From: an uncultured Acidimicrobiaceae bacterium
GTDB taxonomy: Bacteria > Actinomycetota > Acidimicrobiia > Acidimicrobiales > RAAP-2
Length of the DNA: 64,000 nt
Assembly (NCBI GenBank): GCA_963817005.1
Contig: CAWFMN010000004.1
Coordinates: 1,125,358-1,189,357 of the forward strand
Reading direction: 5' to 3'
The position numbers were made by a program, and so were the translations under genes. Shown one piece after another: positions 20,305 through 30,327 of this stretch; the first letter of the stretch is position 1, and the number at the start of each line of letters is the position of its first letter. The notes under the pieces were generated by a model. It ran no database searches, was not told where the DNA came from, and saw nothing but the letters and a program-made list of their open reading frames with translations.

Positions 20305-21738
20305 TCACTCCTGCCGGCGGAGCGGAGGCTGGTCGAACCGGGGTGGGCCGGTGGCCGGGGGCGGGTGCTTGCCGGTGCCCCCCGGTCCGAGCCGTTGGCG
20401 CCGTCCCGGCCGCTCGGGTCGCTCGGGTCGCTCGGGCCGCTCGGGCCGCTCGGGCCGCTTGGGCCGCTTGGGCCGTTTGGGGACCACTGGTTTGTCGGGG
20501 GCGACCCACACCCAGGTGTCCCCCTCCCGTCGGAGGGTGAAGCCGCGGTGGGTCCGGTCCTGGTGGTGGCGGTGGCAGAGGCGGGCCAGATTGTCGAGGG
20601 CGGTCACCCCGCCCCGGGCGAAGTCGGTGACCCAGTGGTCGTTCTCGAGGCCCAGCCGGGCGTCACAGCCCGGGACCACGCACCTCGGGTCCCGCAGCAG
20701 CAGGGCCGAGCGCACCCGGCGGGGGATGTGGCGCCCGGCCGAGTAGACCGTGGTGACGTCGGTGCCGTGGGCCACCAGGAGCTCGACCAGGGCGTCACCC
20801 AGCCGGTCCCGGGCGTGGTCGACGGGCACCGGGCCCACCCCGGGGATCTCACAGCGCCCCCCACGCACCACGTGCCCCCCACGCAAGGACTCGAGGTCGA
20901 CCACCACCGAGACCGAGGCCCTGGGGTCGGGGGTGCGCCCGGTGGCCGGGGGGCCGGCCCGAGGGCCGGTGGTCCCTGGTCCCGGACCGAGGATCCCCCG
21001 CCCGCTGACCAGGGCCACCAGGGCGTCGGCCCGGTAGGCGTCGGGGGTCTCGAAGCGCCCGTCGTGCCGGGCCCGCCCGAACTGGCGGTCGGCCTGGGCC
21101 TCCAGGGCGGCCTGCAGCTCGGCCCCGGGCCCGGGGGCCAACCGGGCGTGCAGGCAGAGCGCCCCGTCCCCGTCGGTCCAGGTGCGGGCCGAGCGCTGGT
21201 CGTGGAGGTGCCGGTGGTGGCGGGCCTCGTCTCGTCTCGAGCGTCCCTCGGCCTGGGCCCTCAGGCACCGCTCCTTGAACGTGGCGTCGGTGTCGACCTG
21301 GGCCCCGTCGACCAGGTCGTGCTCCCGGGTCGGGTTGACCCCGGCCGCCTCGGCCACCTGGGTGGCCCGTCGGCGGGAGAGCCGGCCGGCCCGGAAGGCC
21401 TCGTCCAGTTCGGGCCGGTGGGCCAGCTGGTGGCCCAGGCGGAGCAGGCCCTTGGTGTCACCCACCGAGTCCCCGGTGGAGGAGGCCAGCAGCTCGGCGG
21501 CCGAGCGGTGGCCGGTCAGCCGGTGGAGGTTGGCCTCCTCCACCCGACGGGCGGCCAGGGTCTTGCCGGCCGAGGCGGTCCGCTCCACGGCGGTGAACAG
21601 GCGGACCAGGGCGATCGAGTCGCCCCCCGTGTAGCGCTCGGACTCGAGCGTGGCCACGAAGCGGGCCAGGACCCGCCCGGCCGCCTCGGCGTCGGCCATG
21701 GCGGGCGGGGTGTCGGTCTCGGGGGCGGTCACGGCCAC
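20305..21738 (-). CDS. HNH endonuclease, DUF222 (13E12-repeat type)
   Basis: N-terminal DUF222-like helical region. HNH core: CVVPGCDARLGLENDHWVTDFARGGVTALDNLARLCHRHHQ. Repetitive basic/acidic tail at the C-terminus. Confidence 0.85.
   Translation of the reverse strand: MAVTAPETDTPPAMADAEAAGRVLARFVATLESERYTGGDSIALVRLFTAVERTASAGKTLAARRVEEANLHRLTGHRSAAELLASSTGDSVGDTKGLLRLGHQLAHRPELDEAFRAGRLSRRRATQVAEAAGVNPTREHDLVDGAQVDTDATFKERCLRAQAEGRSRRDEARHHRHLHDQRSARTWTDGDGALCLHARLAPGPGAELQAALEAQADRQFGRARHDGRFETPDAYRADALVALVSGRGILGPGPGTTGPRAGPPATGRTPDPRASVSVVVDLESLRGGHVVRGGRCEIPGVGPVPVDHARDRLGDALVELLVAHGTDVTTVYSAGRHIPRRVRSALLLRDPRCVVPGCDARLGLENDHWVTDFARGGVTALDNLARLCHRHHQDRTHRGFTLRREGDTWVWVAPDKPVVPKRPKRPKRPERPERPERPERPERPGRRQRLGPGGTGKHPPPATGPPRFDQPPLRRQE
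20410..20483 (-). repeat. 9-bp in-frame tandem repeat (x8) encoding (PKR)3(PER)5 in the HNH protein tail
   Basis: ccgctcggg/tcgctcggg/ccgcttggg units read directly. Translation: PKRPKRPKRPERPERPERPERPERP. Confidence 0.9.
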
Positions 21739-21823
21739 GGGGACAGTGAACCAGGAGGGTGTGACACCCGGCCACGGAGCCGGTACCTGTCAACAGATGT
21801 GAGACACCGATTGCTCAGAGATG

Positions 21824-22888
21824 TCAGATGGCGATGGGCGCCTCCTCGGGTCGGTTGATCCAGAAGACCTCGGGGATCCGGGGTGCTCGGGGCGGTCTGC
21901 GGAACCGTCCTGGCATGGACGCATAGGCGGCATCGAGGACGTCCTGGCGCTTCTCCCGGATGACGTCGGCGAGACCGAAGTGGACGTCGGCCGGGGTGTG
22001 GAGCCCGATGCCCGAGTGCCGGTGCTCGTGGTTGTAGTGCTCGAAGTACCGGTCGCAGAAGGACCGTGCGGCGGCGATGTTGGCGAAGCGCTTGGGGAAG
22101 GTGGGCGAGTACTTGAGCGTCTTGAACTGGGACTCCGAGTAGGGGTTGTCGTTGGAGACGTGGGGCCTCGAGTGGCTCTGGAGGACCCCCAGGTCGGCCA
22201 AGAGCTGGCTGACCGTTTTCGAGGTCATGGACGACCCCCGGTCGGCGTGGAGGGTGAGCTGGCCGTGGGGGACCTCGTGCCGGTAGATGGCATCGGCGAT
22301 GAGGCGCTCGGCCAGGATGGACGACTCCCGGGGGGCCACCAGCCACCCCACCACGTAGCGGCTGTAGACGTCGAGGATCGTGTAGAGCTGGAACCAGGTC
22401 CACTTGTAGGGCCCGGCCAGCTTGGTGATGTCCCAGCTCCACACCTGGTTGGGGGCGGTGGCCACCAGCTCGGGCTTGACCAGGGCCGGACGCCGGGCCT
22501 GGGCCCTGCGCTCCCGCACCTGGGACCGTTCCCGCAGCAGGCGGTACATGGTCGAGACCGAGGCCAGATAGACGCCTTCGTCGAGGAGCGTGGCCCACAC
22601 CTGGGCCGGGGCCTTATCGCAGAACCGCTCGGCGTTGAGGGTGGCGATCACCACCTCGGCCTCGGCCTCGGCCAGCCGCCGGTGCGAACGGCGGGGTGCC
22701 GGCGGGCCACACCGTGGTGGCCGGCGAGCCCGGTAGTGACTGGCCCGGGACCGACCCACGGCCGCACAGGCGGCCTTCCGGCCCACGACCGGGGCGAGCT
22801 CGTCCACGGCGGCATCGATGATGGCGTCCACTACTCGTCGGAGTCCGCGCCCTTGGAGATCTCTTCCAAGAGCGCGTGCACTTTTCCC
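21824..22888 (-). CDS. IS3-family transposase OrfB (DDE/rve integrase core), probably made as OrfAB by a -1 frameshift
   Basis: WSWDITKL..LYTILDVYSRYVVGW..LHADRGSSMTSK..SNDNPYSESQFKTLKY..YNHEHRHSGIG. The candidate slippery motif GGGAAAAG (complement of 22881-22888) lies in the orfA/orfB overlap. Confidence 0.85.
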   Translation of the reverse strand, partial: GKSARALGRDLQGRGLRRVVDAIIDAAVDELAPVVGRKAACAAVGRSRASHYRARRPPRCGPPAPRRSHRRLAEAEAEVVIATLNAERFCDKAPAQVWATLLDEGVYLASVSTMYRLLRERSQVRERRAQARRPALVKPELVATAPNQVWSWDITKLAGPYKWTWFQLYTILDVYSRYVVGWLVAPRESSILAERLIADAIYRHEVPHGQLTLHADRGSSMTSKTVSQLLADLGVLQSHSRPHVSNDNPYSESQFKTLKYSPTFPKRFANIAAARSFCDRYFEHYNHEHRHSGIGLHTPADVHFGLADVIREKRQDVLDAAYASMPGRFRRPPRAPRIPEVFWINRPEEAPIAI

Positions 22889-23283
22889 TGGACGTCGATC
22901 ACCACCTCGGCCTGGGCCAGCTTGGCCCGCAGCCGCTGGTTCTCGGCTCTGAGCTTGGCCACCTCGGAGAGGGAAGGCCCTCCTCGGCCACCGTCCTGGC
23001 GACCGAGGGCCGCCTTCAGGAGGCCCTGGCGATGTTGGCGCCGCCAATCGGTGATCAGGCTCGAGTAGAGGCCCTCCCGGCGGAGGATGGCCCCCCGCTC
23101 ACCCGATTCCGAACACCCGTCGTACTCGGCCAGGATGCTCAACTTGTACTCAGGCGTGAACACCCGGCGGACCGGGCTCTTCCGCCTCTTCTTGCCGTCG
23201 GGTGCGGTGTCTTCGTCGATAGGCCAAGTCTTAGCCTTCTCCGACCTGATCGCAGGCGGCGCCTGCTGGTTTTTCGTGCTCAT
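22831..23283 (-). CDS. IS3-family transposase OrfA (HTH / leucine-zipper part)
   Basis: 150 aa: [61 protein letters not shown]. Confidence 0.85.
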   Translation of the reverse strand: MSTKNQQAPPAIRSEKAKTWPIDEDTAPDGKKRRKSPVRRVFTPEYKLSILAEYDGCSESGERGAILRREGLYSSLITDWRRQHRQGLLKAALGRQDGGRGGPSLSEVAKLRAENQRLRAKLAQAEVVIDVQGKVHALLEEISKGADSDE

Positions 23284-23495
23284 GGGTACAACCCTCCACC
23301 GCCCTCGCGCTCAGTACGCGGATCGAAGGTGTCTCACTCATCGTGGACAGACAGGGGGAAGGGAGCATCGCCCTGATCCACCCGACCGGCGGGCCCCCTG
23401 GGCCCGGCCGCGGGCCGGTTCGCCGATCTGGCCACCGGCGGACAGAGGTACGGTGCAGGGGTCGGCGGGGGCCGACCCCATTCGGGAGGAGTGCC

Positions 23496-24189
23496 GTGAC
23501 CCGTGAGCGTGCCGCCCAGTCGCCCCGGGCGGTCGACTTCCACTTCGACATCATGTGCCCGTACGCCTACCAGACCTCCCTGTGGATGCGGGAGGTGCGG
23601 GACCGCGCCGGCGTGGCCGTCCGGTGGCGGTTCTTCAGCCTCGAGGAGATCAACCGGGCCGAGGGAAAGAAGCACCCCTGGGAGCGGGAGTGGTCCTACG
23701 GCTGGTCCATGATGCGCATCGGTGCCTACCTGAGGCGGGAGGATCCCGAGCTCCTCGACCGTTGGTACCTCGTGGCCGGACCGCGCCCTGCACGAGGAGG
23801 GCCGCAAGCCGCACCGACCGGACGTGGCCGAGGAGCTCCTGGCCGAGATGGGCCTCGACCCGGCGATGGTCGGAGCGGCGATCAGCGATCCGTCGACCGG
23901 CGACGAGGTGCACGCCGAGCACGACGAGGTGGTGTCGAAGGGGGGCTTCGGGGTGCCGACGCTGGTCTTCGAAGACGGGCAGGCCCTGTTCGGGCCGGTC
24001 CTCGTCCACCCGCCGACCGGTGCCGCCGCCCTCCGCCTGTGGGAGCTGGTCACGGGATGGCTGGAGTTCCCCCAGGTCTACGAGGTGCAGCGGCCCAAGC
24101 GGGCCGAGGACATCGAGACGATCGCCGCGGCCTTCTCCTCCTACCTCGAGGCTCGGGACTGGTTCACCATCCAGCACGACACCCCCTGA
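23496..24189 (+). CDS. DsbA-like thioredoxin-fold oxidoreductase/isomerase; frameshift near 23781
   Basis: GTG 23496 follows [29 protein letters not shown] (ORF 23343..24389) continues as [42 protein letters not shown] (ORF 23824..24189). Confidence 0.7.
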
Positions 24190-24330
24190 GCCAGGCCGGT
24201 GCAGGGGGGCACGGTCGGCGGCGGGTGGCCGGGTGGCCGGGTGCCCGGTGCCGGGACCGCCGTGGGGCCGCGGTCCGGCGGTCCGACGGTCGGGCGGCCG
24301 GGGGCGGGACGCGGGGCCCGGTCGGTCCGT

Positions 24331-25566
24331 TCAGCCGGCTGGCGACGCCTCGGAACCCTGGGTCGTCCCACCCCAGTCGTCGTCGGTGATGGCCACGGCC
24401 AGCCCCGACGCCCGCATCCTCCAGAGGCCGACGGCCGGGAAGAGCAGCACCGTGAGCATGCCCGCCGTCACCAGTGAGACGGCGTTGACGGGCAGCATCT
24501 TGCCTTCGGCCAAGGCGATGCTGGTGATCACCACGATGAGGGGAAGGCCGGTGGCCGAGAGCAGGGCCATCGGGATGCGCTCGGTTGGGGTCAGGACCTT
24601 GCGGTAGAGGAGGAACACCGGGGCGCCGCGGGCCACCAGCATCAACACCAGGAACAGAGCCACCCGCCACAGTGAGCTCGGGTTGTCGATGAAGACGCCG
24701 AGGTCGAGCTGGATCCCGCTGACCACGAAGAAGATGGGGATGAGGAAGCCGAACCCGATGGCCTCCATTTTGCCGCGCACCGCGGCGATCTCCCCGCCGG
24801 CCGAGAACAGCCGGACCACGATGCCTGCCGCGAACGCCCCGAGCAGGACATCGAGCCCCAGGCTCTGGGCCAGCAGGACCAGCAGGACGATGAACAGGAG
24901 GGCCACCCGCACCGGGAGCTGGGCGCTCGACTCCATGTGGCGGCTGAGCATGGCCACCACCCGGGGAGGCTGGGCCCGGGCGGCCAAGAGGACGGTGGCC
25001 ACCGACACGACGATGAACGCCACCAGCAGTAGCGAGGTCAGGAGCGGCTCCTTCTTGGTGAGCAGGAGGGCCACGGCCACGATGGGTCCGAACTCGCCCA
25101 CCGTCCCGATGGCGGCGATGTAGGCGCCGAACCGGGTGTCCAGGACCTGGGCGTCCCGCAGCATGGGGACCAGCGTGCCGAGGGCGGTGGTGGTCAGGGC
25201 CAGGCCCACCACGACGGTGTTGCGGGCCAACCCCGTGGAGACCAAGGCGAACGCCGCTCCCAGCCCGATGGCCAGGGAGACGCCCCAACCGGCGGTCGCC
25301 AGCCGCAGCGGCCGGCCCCGGATCTTCTGCAGGTCGAGCTCGTAGCCGGCGAGGAAGATGAGGTAGGTCAGTCCGAGATCGGAGAGCCCGGTGACGATGT
25401 TGCTGATGTGGGCGATGTCGAGGGCATAGGGACCGATGAGGATCCCGAGACCGATCTGGATCACGATCTCGGGAACGGCCGCCCGACCGGTGAGCTCCGA
25501 CAGGATCGGGGCCAGCACGGCGGCCAGGGCGATCAGGACCAGTGTGGCCACCGAGGAGGAAGTCAC
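24331..25566 (-). CDS. cation:proton antiporter (CPA2 / Kef-type membrane domain)
   Basis: Intact 411 aa and polytopic: [55 protein letters not shown]. Confidence 0.85.
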   Translation of the reverse strand: MTSSSVATLVLIALAAVLAPILSELTGRAAVPEIVIQIGLGILIGPYALDIAHISNIVTGLSDLGLTYLIFLAGYELDLQKIRGRPLRLATAGWGVSLAIGLGAAFALVSTGLARNTVVVGLALTTTALGTLVPMLRDAQVLDTRFGAYIAAIGTVGEFGPIVAVALLLTKKEPLLTSLLLVAFIVVSVATVLLAARAQPPRVVAMLSRHMESSAQLPVRVALLFIVLLVLLAQSLGLDVLLGAFAAGIVVRLFSAGGEIAAVRGKMEAIGFGFLIPIFFVVSGIQLDLGVFIDNPSSLWRVALFLVLMLVARGAPVFLLYRKVLTPTERIPMALLSATGLPLIVVITSIALAEGKMLPVNAVSLVTAGMLTVLLFPAVGLWRMRASGLAVAITDDDWGGTTQGSEASPAG

Positions 25567-25839
25567 GCTCCCCCGCCCGCCACCGACCGCTTGGACATTG
25601 GCTCACTCTACGCGTCCGACCCCCGGCCGCCCCTGGCCCGGCGGACAGGCCGCGTCACGACGCACCGGGCGGCGGAGGGCTACGGCGGAGGGCTACGGCG
25701 GAGGGGCCGGGGGCCACGGCGGCGGGCGCCCTGTTCCCCAACCGGGGCGGTGTGCGGCAGACTCTCCACACGGCCCGCACCACGGGCCCGGGAGGCCTAG
25801 CCGGGAAGGAGTGCTCGTGATCACCCGTCGTCCCCGCCG

Positions 25840-26886
25840 ATGCCGTCCGGGCCGCGTCCCGGCACCACCGTGCTGATGGTGGTGGGGCCGGTGCCAGGCG
25901 ACGACCACGCCCGGCCCGGCCACCCCGAGCGCCCGGTCCGGGTGGCGGCGGTGATGGACGGGGTCGCCGACCTCCACCTCGGGCCCGAGCTGCTCGTGGT
26001 ACCCACCCGGCCGGCCGACGCGGCGGAGCTCGAACGGGTCCACACCGACCTCCACGTCGAACAGCTCCGCCGCCTCTGCAGCCAGGGCGGCGGGTCGGTG
26101 GACGCCGACACCTACGCCACACCGGAATCGTGGAACATCGCCACCCGGGCCGCCGGGGCCGGCCTCGTGGCCGTCGACGAGCTCCGCCGCGGCCGGGCCG
26201 AGGTGGGCTTCGTGGTGGCCCGGCCACCGGGGCACCACGCCCTGGCCGGCCAGTCGATGGGCTTCTGCCTGATCAACAACGTGGCGGTGGCGGCGGCCTC
26301 CCTGGTGGCCGCGGGCGAGCGGGTCCTGATCGTGGACTGGGACGTCCACCACGGCAACGGCACCGAGGCCCTGTTCTGGGACGAACCCGACGTCCTCTAC
26401 GTCTCGACCCACCAGTGGCCCTGCTACCCCGGCACCGGTCGCGCCTCGGACGTCGGTGGCCCCGGGGCCTTGGGGACGACCGTCAACGTGCCACTGCCGC
26501 CGGGAGCCACCGGCGATGTGGTCCGGGCGGCCTTCGACGGCATGGTCACGCCGGAGGTGGAGGCGTTCGGCCCGACCTGGGTGCTCGTCTCGGCGGGGTT
26601 CGACGCCCATCGGGCCGACCCGCTGGCCGATCTGGCTCTGTCCGCCGGTGACTTCGCCGACCTGGCCGGGTTGGTGGCCGGGTACTCCCCGGTCCCTGGT
26701 CGCCTCCTGCTCTTCCTGGAGGGCGGCTACGAGCTCGGTGCGCTGCGTGCCTCGGCCTCGGCCACGCTGGCCGCCCTGGTGGGTGGGGACAGGCCCCCGG
26801 AGCCGTCCACATCGGGGGGCCCCGGGATGGACCAACTCGAGGTGGTGGCCGCCCGGAGGCGGCAGGCGCTCGACGCAAGGGCGTGA
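25840..26886 (+). CDS. histone deacetylase-family (AcuC/HDAC-like) deacetylase
   Basis: ARPPGHHA, ILIVDWDVHHGNGT, VLVSAGFDAHRADPLA, FLEGGY. Start is uncertain: a good RBS at 25804-25811 serves an out-of-frame GTG at 25817. Confidence 0.85.
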   Translation: MPSGPRPGTTVLMVVGPVPGDDHARPGHPERPVRVAAVMDGVADLHLGPELLVVPTRPADAAELERVHTDLHVEQLRRLCSQGGGSVDADTYATPESWNIATRAAGAGLVAVDELRRGRAEVGFVVARPPGHHALAGQSMGFCLINNVAVAAASLVAAGERVLIVDWDVHHGNGTEALFWDEPDVLYVSTHQWPCYPGTGRASDVGGPGALGTTVNVPLPPGATGDVVRAAFDGMVTPEVEAFGPTWVLVSAGFDAHRADPLADLALSAGDFADLAGLVAGYSPVPGRLLLFLEGGYELGALRASASATLAALVGGDRPPEPSTSGGPGMDQLEVVAARRRQALDARA

Positions 26887-27013
26887 GCGCGCGCCCGACC
26901 CGTGGCATGGTGGTCGGGCCCGCATCGCGACCCGTCGGGTGCCGGGGCGAAACGTGCCCCCGGGATTGGCCGACGGGCACCCCGGAGCGGTGGACGAGTG
27001 AAGGAGGGCGAAC

Positions 27014-27469
27014 GTGCCCGAGACGGCAAGGGGGCCTGCGGGGACGATCGTGGTGGGGGTGGACGGCTCCGACACCTCGTTGGCCGCCCTGTCGTGGGCC
27101 TGCCGGTTGGCCGACGCCACTGGCGCCACCGTCGAAGCCGTCATCTCGTGGCAGTGGCCGATGGGCCTGGGGCCCACACTCTCCATCCCCACCGGGTACG
27201 ACCCGGCCGGCGACGCCGCGATCATGCTGGAGGGCATCGTGCAGACCGCGGCCGACTCGCACCCGTCCGTGCCCGTGCGGGCACGGGTCGTCGAGGGGCA
27301 TGCCGCCGAGGCGCTGGTGGAGGCGTCCCGGCACACCGACCTGTTGGTGGTGGGCAGCCGAGGCCACGGGGCGTTCGCCGGGATGCTCCTGGGCTCGGTC
27401 AGCCAGCACTGTGCCTCCCACGCCCTCTGCCCGGTCGTGATCTATCGCGACCGGCCCGAGCCGACCTGA
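27014..27469 (+). CDS. universal stress protein (UspA family)
   Basis: 151 aa: GTIVVGVDGSDTSLAAL..DLLVVGSRGHGAFAGMLLGSVSQHCASHALCPVVI. Confidence 0.85.
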   Translation: MPETARGPAGTIVVGVDGSDTSLAALSWACRLADATGATVEAVISWQWPMGLGPTLSIPTGYDPAGDAAIMLEGIVQTAADSHPSVPVRARVVEGHAAEALVEASRHTDLLVVGSRGHGAFAGMLLGSVSQHCASHALCPVVIYRDRPEPT

Positions 27470-27498
27470 ACGAGGGCCGGCGCCACCCGCCTGCCGTG

Positions 27499-28410
27499 AT
27501 GGACCGACCGCCCTCCAGTGATCTCCTCCGCACCGTGGTGGACGGCATGCCACCGGAGTTCGCCGGACCGGGCGACGATTACGTCCGCACCCGGCAGCAG
27601 ATGGCCCCCCTGCACGGACACCCACTGGCCCCGGACACCGACGTCGAGCGGTCCCGGTTGGGCGGGGTGCGGGTCGGACGGCTGACCCCGCCCGGCGTAG
27701 ACGCCGAACGCGGCTTGGTCCTCTTCGCCCATGGCGGGGCCTTCGTCTCGTGCGACCTCGAGGACTACCTGTTCTACGCCGAGTACATCGCCGAGTGCAC
27801 CGGGCTCGCGGTCCTGACCGTGGACTACCGGCTGGCGCCCGAGCACCGCGGTCCGGCCGCGCTGGACGATTGCCTGGCTGTCTACCGCGCCCTGGTGGCC
27901 TCGGGGCAGGACCCGACCCGACTGGTGTGCCTCGGGGACTCCTGCGGCGGTGGTCTGGCGGTGAGCACGGTGGCCGCCGCCCGGGACCAGGGTCTGCCGG
28001 TGCCGGCCGGCGTGGTGAGCCTGTCCGGATGGGTGGACCTCGACACCGCCGGCTACGGGTCGGAGCCGCGGGGGATCCGGGACGCCTTCATCACCGAGGG
28101 GTTCCTGCGGGCCCGGGTGCGTGACTATGTGGGCCCCGCCGGCGATCCCCGCGCCCCGTGGGCCTCCCCGGCCCGGGGCGAGCTGGCCGGCCTGCCCCCG
28201 CTCCTGCTCCAGGTCGGGGAGACCGACCTCTGCCGACGCGACGCCGAGCGCCTGGCCGGCCGGGCACTCGCGGCCGGGGTGGACGCCCGCCTCGACGTGG
28301 TGGCCGGTGGGATTCACGGCGTCCAGGGGCTGGTGAACCTGGGCGTGCCCGAGGCGGTCGCCGCCTGGGACTCGGTGCGGCGGTTCACCGACGGGCTCCT
28401 GCCCCCCTGA
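27499..28410 (+). CDS. alpha/beta hydrolase, hormone-sensitive-lipase-like esterase
   Basis: LVLFAHGGAF, VDYRLAPEH, LGDSCGGGLA (nucleophile elbow), LLLQVGETD. Taken from the in-frame ATG 27499 within composite ORF 26902..28410. Confidence 0.85.
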   Translation: MDRPPSSDLLRTVVDGMPPEFAGPGDDYVRTRQQMAPLHGHPLAPDTDVERSRLGGVRVGRLTPPGVDAERGLVLFAHGGAFVSCDLEDYLFYAEYIAECTGLAVLTVDYRLAPEHRGPAALDDCLAVYRALVASGQDPTRLVCLGDSCGGGLAVSTVAAARDQGLPVPAGVVSLSGWVDLDTAGYGSEPRGIRDAFITEGFLRARVRDYVGPAGDPRAPWASPARGELAGLPPLLLQVGETDLCRRDAERLAGRALAAGVDARLDVVAGGIHGVQGLVNLGVPEAVAAWDSVRRFTDGLLPP

Positions 28411-28449
28411 GCCGGAGGCCGCCACACCGCGCCCGTCGGGATGACTTGG

Positions 28450-30327
28450 TCACCAGGTGTCGACGCAGCTCCGCTTCTTGCCGGTGCGCTCGGGCGGCGG
28501 TGGTACGGCCCGGAGGGCCTCGACGATCCGGCGGCGGGAGTCGGCCGGGTCGATGACGTCGTCGATCTCGTAGGCCGAGGCCACGTTGACGGCCTTGCCG
28601 TGCTGGTAGGCCCGTTCCACCATGGTGGCGAACAGGGCGTCCCGGGCCACCGGGTCCTCCACGGCCTCGAGCTCCCGGCGGAATCCCAGTCGGACCGCTC
28701 CCTCCAGGCCCATGCCCCCGAACTCCCCGCTGGGCCACGACACGGTGAAGATCGGGGACCGGAAGCTCCCCCCAGCCATGGCCTGGGCCCCCAGGCCGTA
28801 GCCCTTGCGCAAGACGACGGTGAAGAACGGCACGGTGAGGCTGGCCCCGATGACGAACAGCCGGCTGAAGTGGCGGACCTGGGCGGTCTGCTCGGCCTCC
28901 GGCCCCACCATGAACCCCGGGGTGTCGCAGAGGAAGAGGACAGGGAGATCATGTGCGTCGCACAGCTGGAGGAAGCGGGCGGCCTTGTCGGCGCCGTCCC
29001 GGTCGATGGCGCCACCGAGATGGACCGGGTTGTTGGCCACCACGCCGAGGGGCCGACCCTCCACCCGCGCCAACGCGGTGACCATGCCCTGCCCGAAGCC
29101 GCGGCGGAGCTCCAGCACCGAACCGGTGTCGGCCAGCGTGGCCAGCAGGCGTCGGACGTCGTAGACCCGGAGCCGGTCCTCGGGGATGGCGGAGCGGAGC
29201 AGCCGCTGGTCGGCGCATAGCCACCCGTCGGTGGTGCCCTGGAAGTAGGACAGGTACTGCCGGGCCAGGCGGACGGCCTCGGCCTCGTCCCCTGCCACCA
29301 CGTCCACCACGCCGTTGGCCACCTGGACCTCCAGGGGACCGACGTCCTCGGCGCGTACCGTCCCGAGGCCCCCGCCCTCGATCATGGCCGGCCCGCCCAT
29401 GCCGAGCGAGGTGCCGGGAGTGGCGATGATCACGTCACAGCACCCGAGGAGGGCGGCGTTGCCGGCGAAGCAGAAGCCCGAGGCCAGGCCGACCAGCGGG
29501 ACCAGGCCGCTCAGGGCGCCGAACTCGGCGAAGGCCATGGTGTCCAGTCCGGTGATCACCGCATAGTCGGTGTCGCCGGGACGCCCTCCTCCTCCCTCGG
29601 CGAAGAGGACCACCGGCAGCCGCAGCCGCCGGACCAACTCGAAGAGCCGGTCCTTCTTCCGGTGGTTCTGGGCACCCTGGGTGCCGGCCAGCACCGTGTA
29701 GTCGTACGACAGGACGGCACAGCTCGACGTCCGCTCGTCGAAGGTGACCCCGTTGACCCGGCCCACCCCGGCCACCAGGCCGTCGGCCGGGGTGCGCTCG
29801 ATCAGCTCCGGCAGCGGCCGGCGGCCGCGCTGGGCGGCGATGGCCAACGACCCGTACTCGGTGAAGCTGCCCGGGTCGCACAGGTCGTCGATGTTCTCTC
29901 GGGCCGTGCGGCGGCTCTGGCTGTGCCGGCGGGCCACCACCTCCGGACGTCCGGCGTCCTGGGTCCCCCGCTGGCGGGCCAGGACCTCCTGCAGGTCCGG
30001 TCGTACGGCCTCGAGGTCCGCGGTGCCGTCGTCGTCGTCCACCGGAACGGTGGCGCCGGTGGCCTCGACCACGGCCAGCGGGTCCCCGACGGCGACCAGC
30101 GCGCCCACCTCCACGCCCACGGAGCGGACCACCCCGCCGACCGGGGACCGGACCACGTGCTCCATCTTCATGGACTCGAGGACGAGCAGGGGCGAACCCT
30201 CCCCCACGGTCGACCCGTCGGCCACCGGGATATGCACCACCGTGCCCTGGACCGGGGCGTCGACGGTCAGCCGGGTCCCGGGGGGTGGCTCGGCCTCGCC
30301 CCGGGACCGGACCCCTGGAGGCGTCAC
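28450..30327 (-). CDS. biotinyl (BCCP-like) domain fused to an acyl-CoA carboxyltransferase domain
   Basis: VQGTVVHIPVADGSTVGEGSPLLVLESMKMEHVV (biotin attachment-type MKM) followed by a full CT domain: AVLSYDYTVLAGTQG, LFAEGGGGRPGD, GFCFAGNAALLG, VVANNPVHLGGAID, LFLCDTPGFMVG. GTG 30327 overlaps the upstream stop as GTGA. The upstream part of ORF 28450..31260 is antisense/out-of-frame noise. Confidence 0.8.
   Translation of the reverse strand: MTPPGVRSRGEAEPPPGTRLTVDAPVQGTVVHIPVADGSTVGEGSPLLVLESMKMEHVVRSPVGGVVRSVGVEVGALVAVGDPLAVVEATGATVPVDDDDGTADLEAVRPDLQEVLARQRGTQDAGRPEVVARRHSQSRRTARENIDDLCDPGSFTEYGSLAIAAQRGRRPLPELIERTPADGLVAGVGRVNGVTFDERTSSCAVLSYDYTVLAGTQGAQNHRKKDRLFELVRRLRLPVVLFAEGGGGRPGDTDYAVITGLDTMAFAEFGALSGLVPLVGLASGFCFAGNAALLGCCDVIIATPGTSLGMGGPAMIEGGGLGTVRAEDVGPLEVQVANGVVDVVAGDEAEAVRLARQYLSYFQGTTDGWLCADQRLLRSAIPEDRLRVYDVRRLLATLADTGSVLELRRGFGQGMVTALARVEGRPLGVVANNPVHLGGAIDRDGADKAARFLQLCDAHDLPVLFLCDTPGFMVGPEAEQTAQVRHFSRLFVIGASLTVPFFTVVLRKGYGLGAQAMAGGSFRSPIFTVSWPSGEFGGMGLEGAVRLGFRRELEAVEDPVARDALFATMVERAYQHGKAVNVASAYEIDDVIDPADSRRRIVEALRAVPPPPERTGKKRSCVDTW

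Larger units (their letters stand above)
21788..23349 (-). mobile_element. IS3-family insertion sequence (about 1.56 kb) with orfA/orfB
   Basis: Imperfect terminal inverted repeats: left TGTCAACAGATGTGAGACACC (21788-), right reverse-complement TGTCCACGATGAGTGAGACACC (ends 23349), with TG...CA termini. Two overlapping transposase ORFs inside. Confidence 0.85.

Noticed and set aside
25671-25706. 13-bp direct repeat GGCGGAGGGCTAC x2.8 in the antiporter/HDAC divergent intergenic region. A similar 12-bp duplication CGGCTCGATGACA occurs at 8780-8803.
   Set aside because: Both are real in the sequence but too short and isolated to interpret. They could be slippage duplications or regulator direct repeats, and nothing further can be supported.
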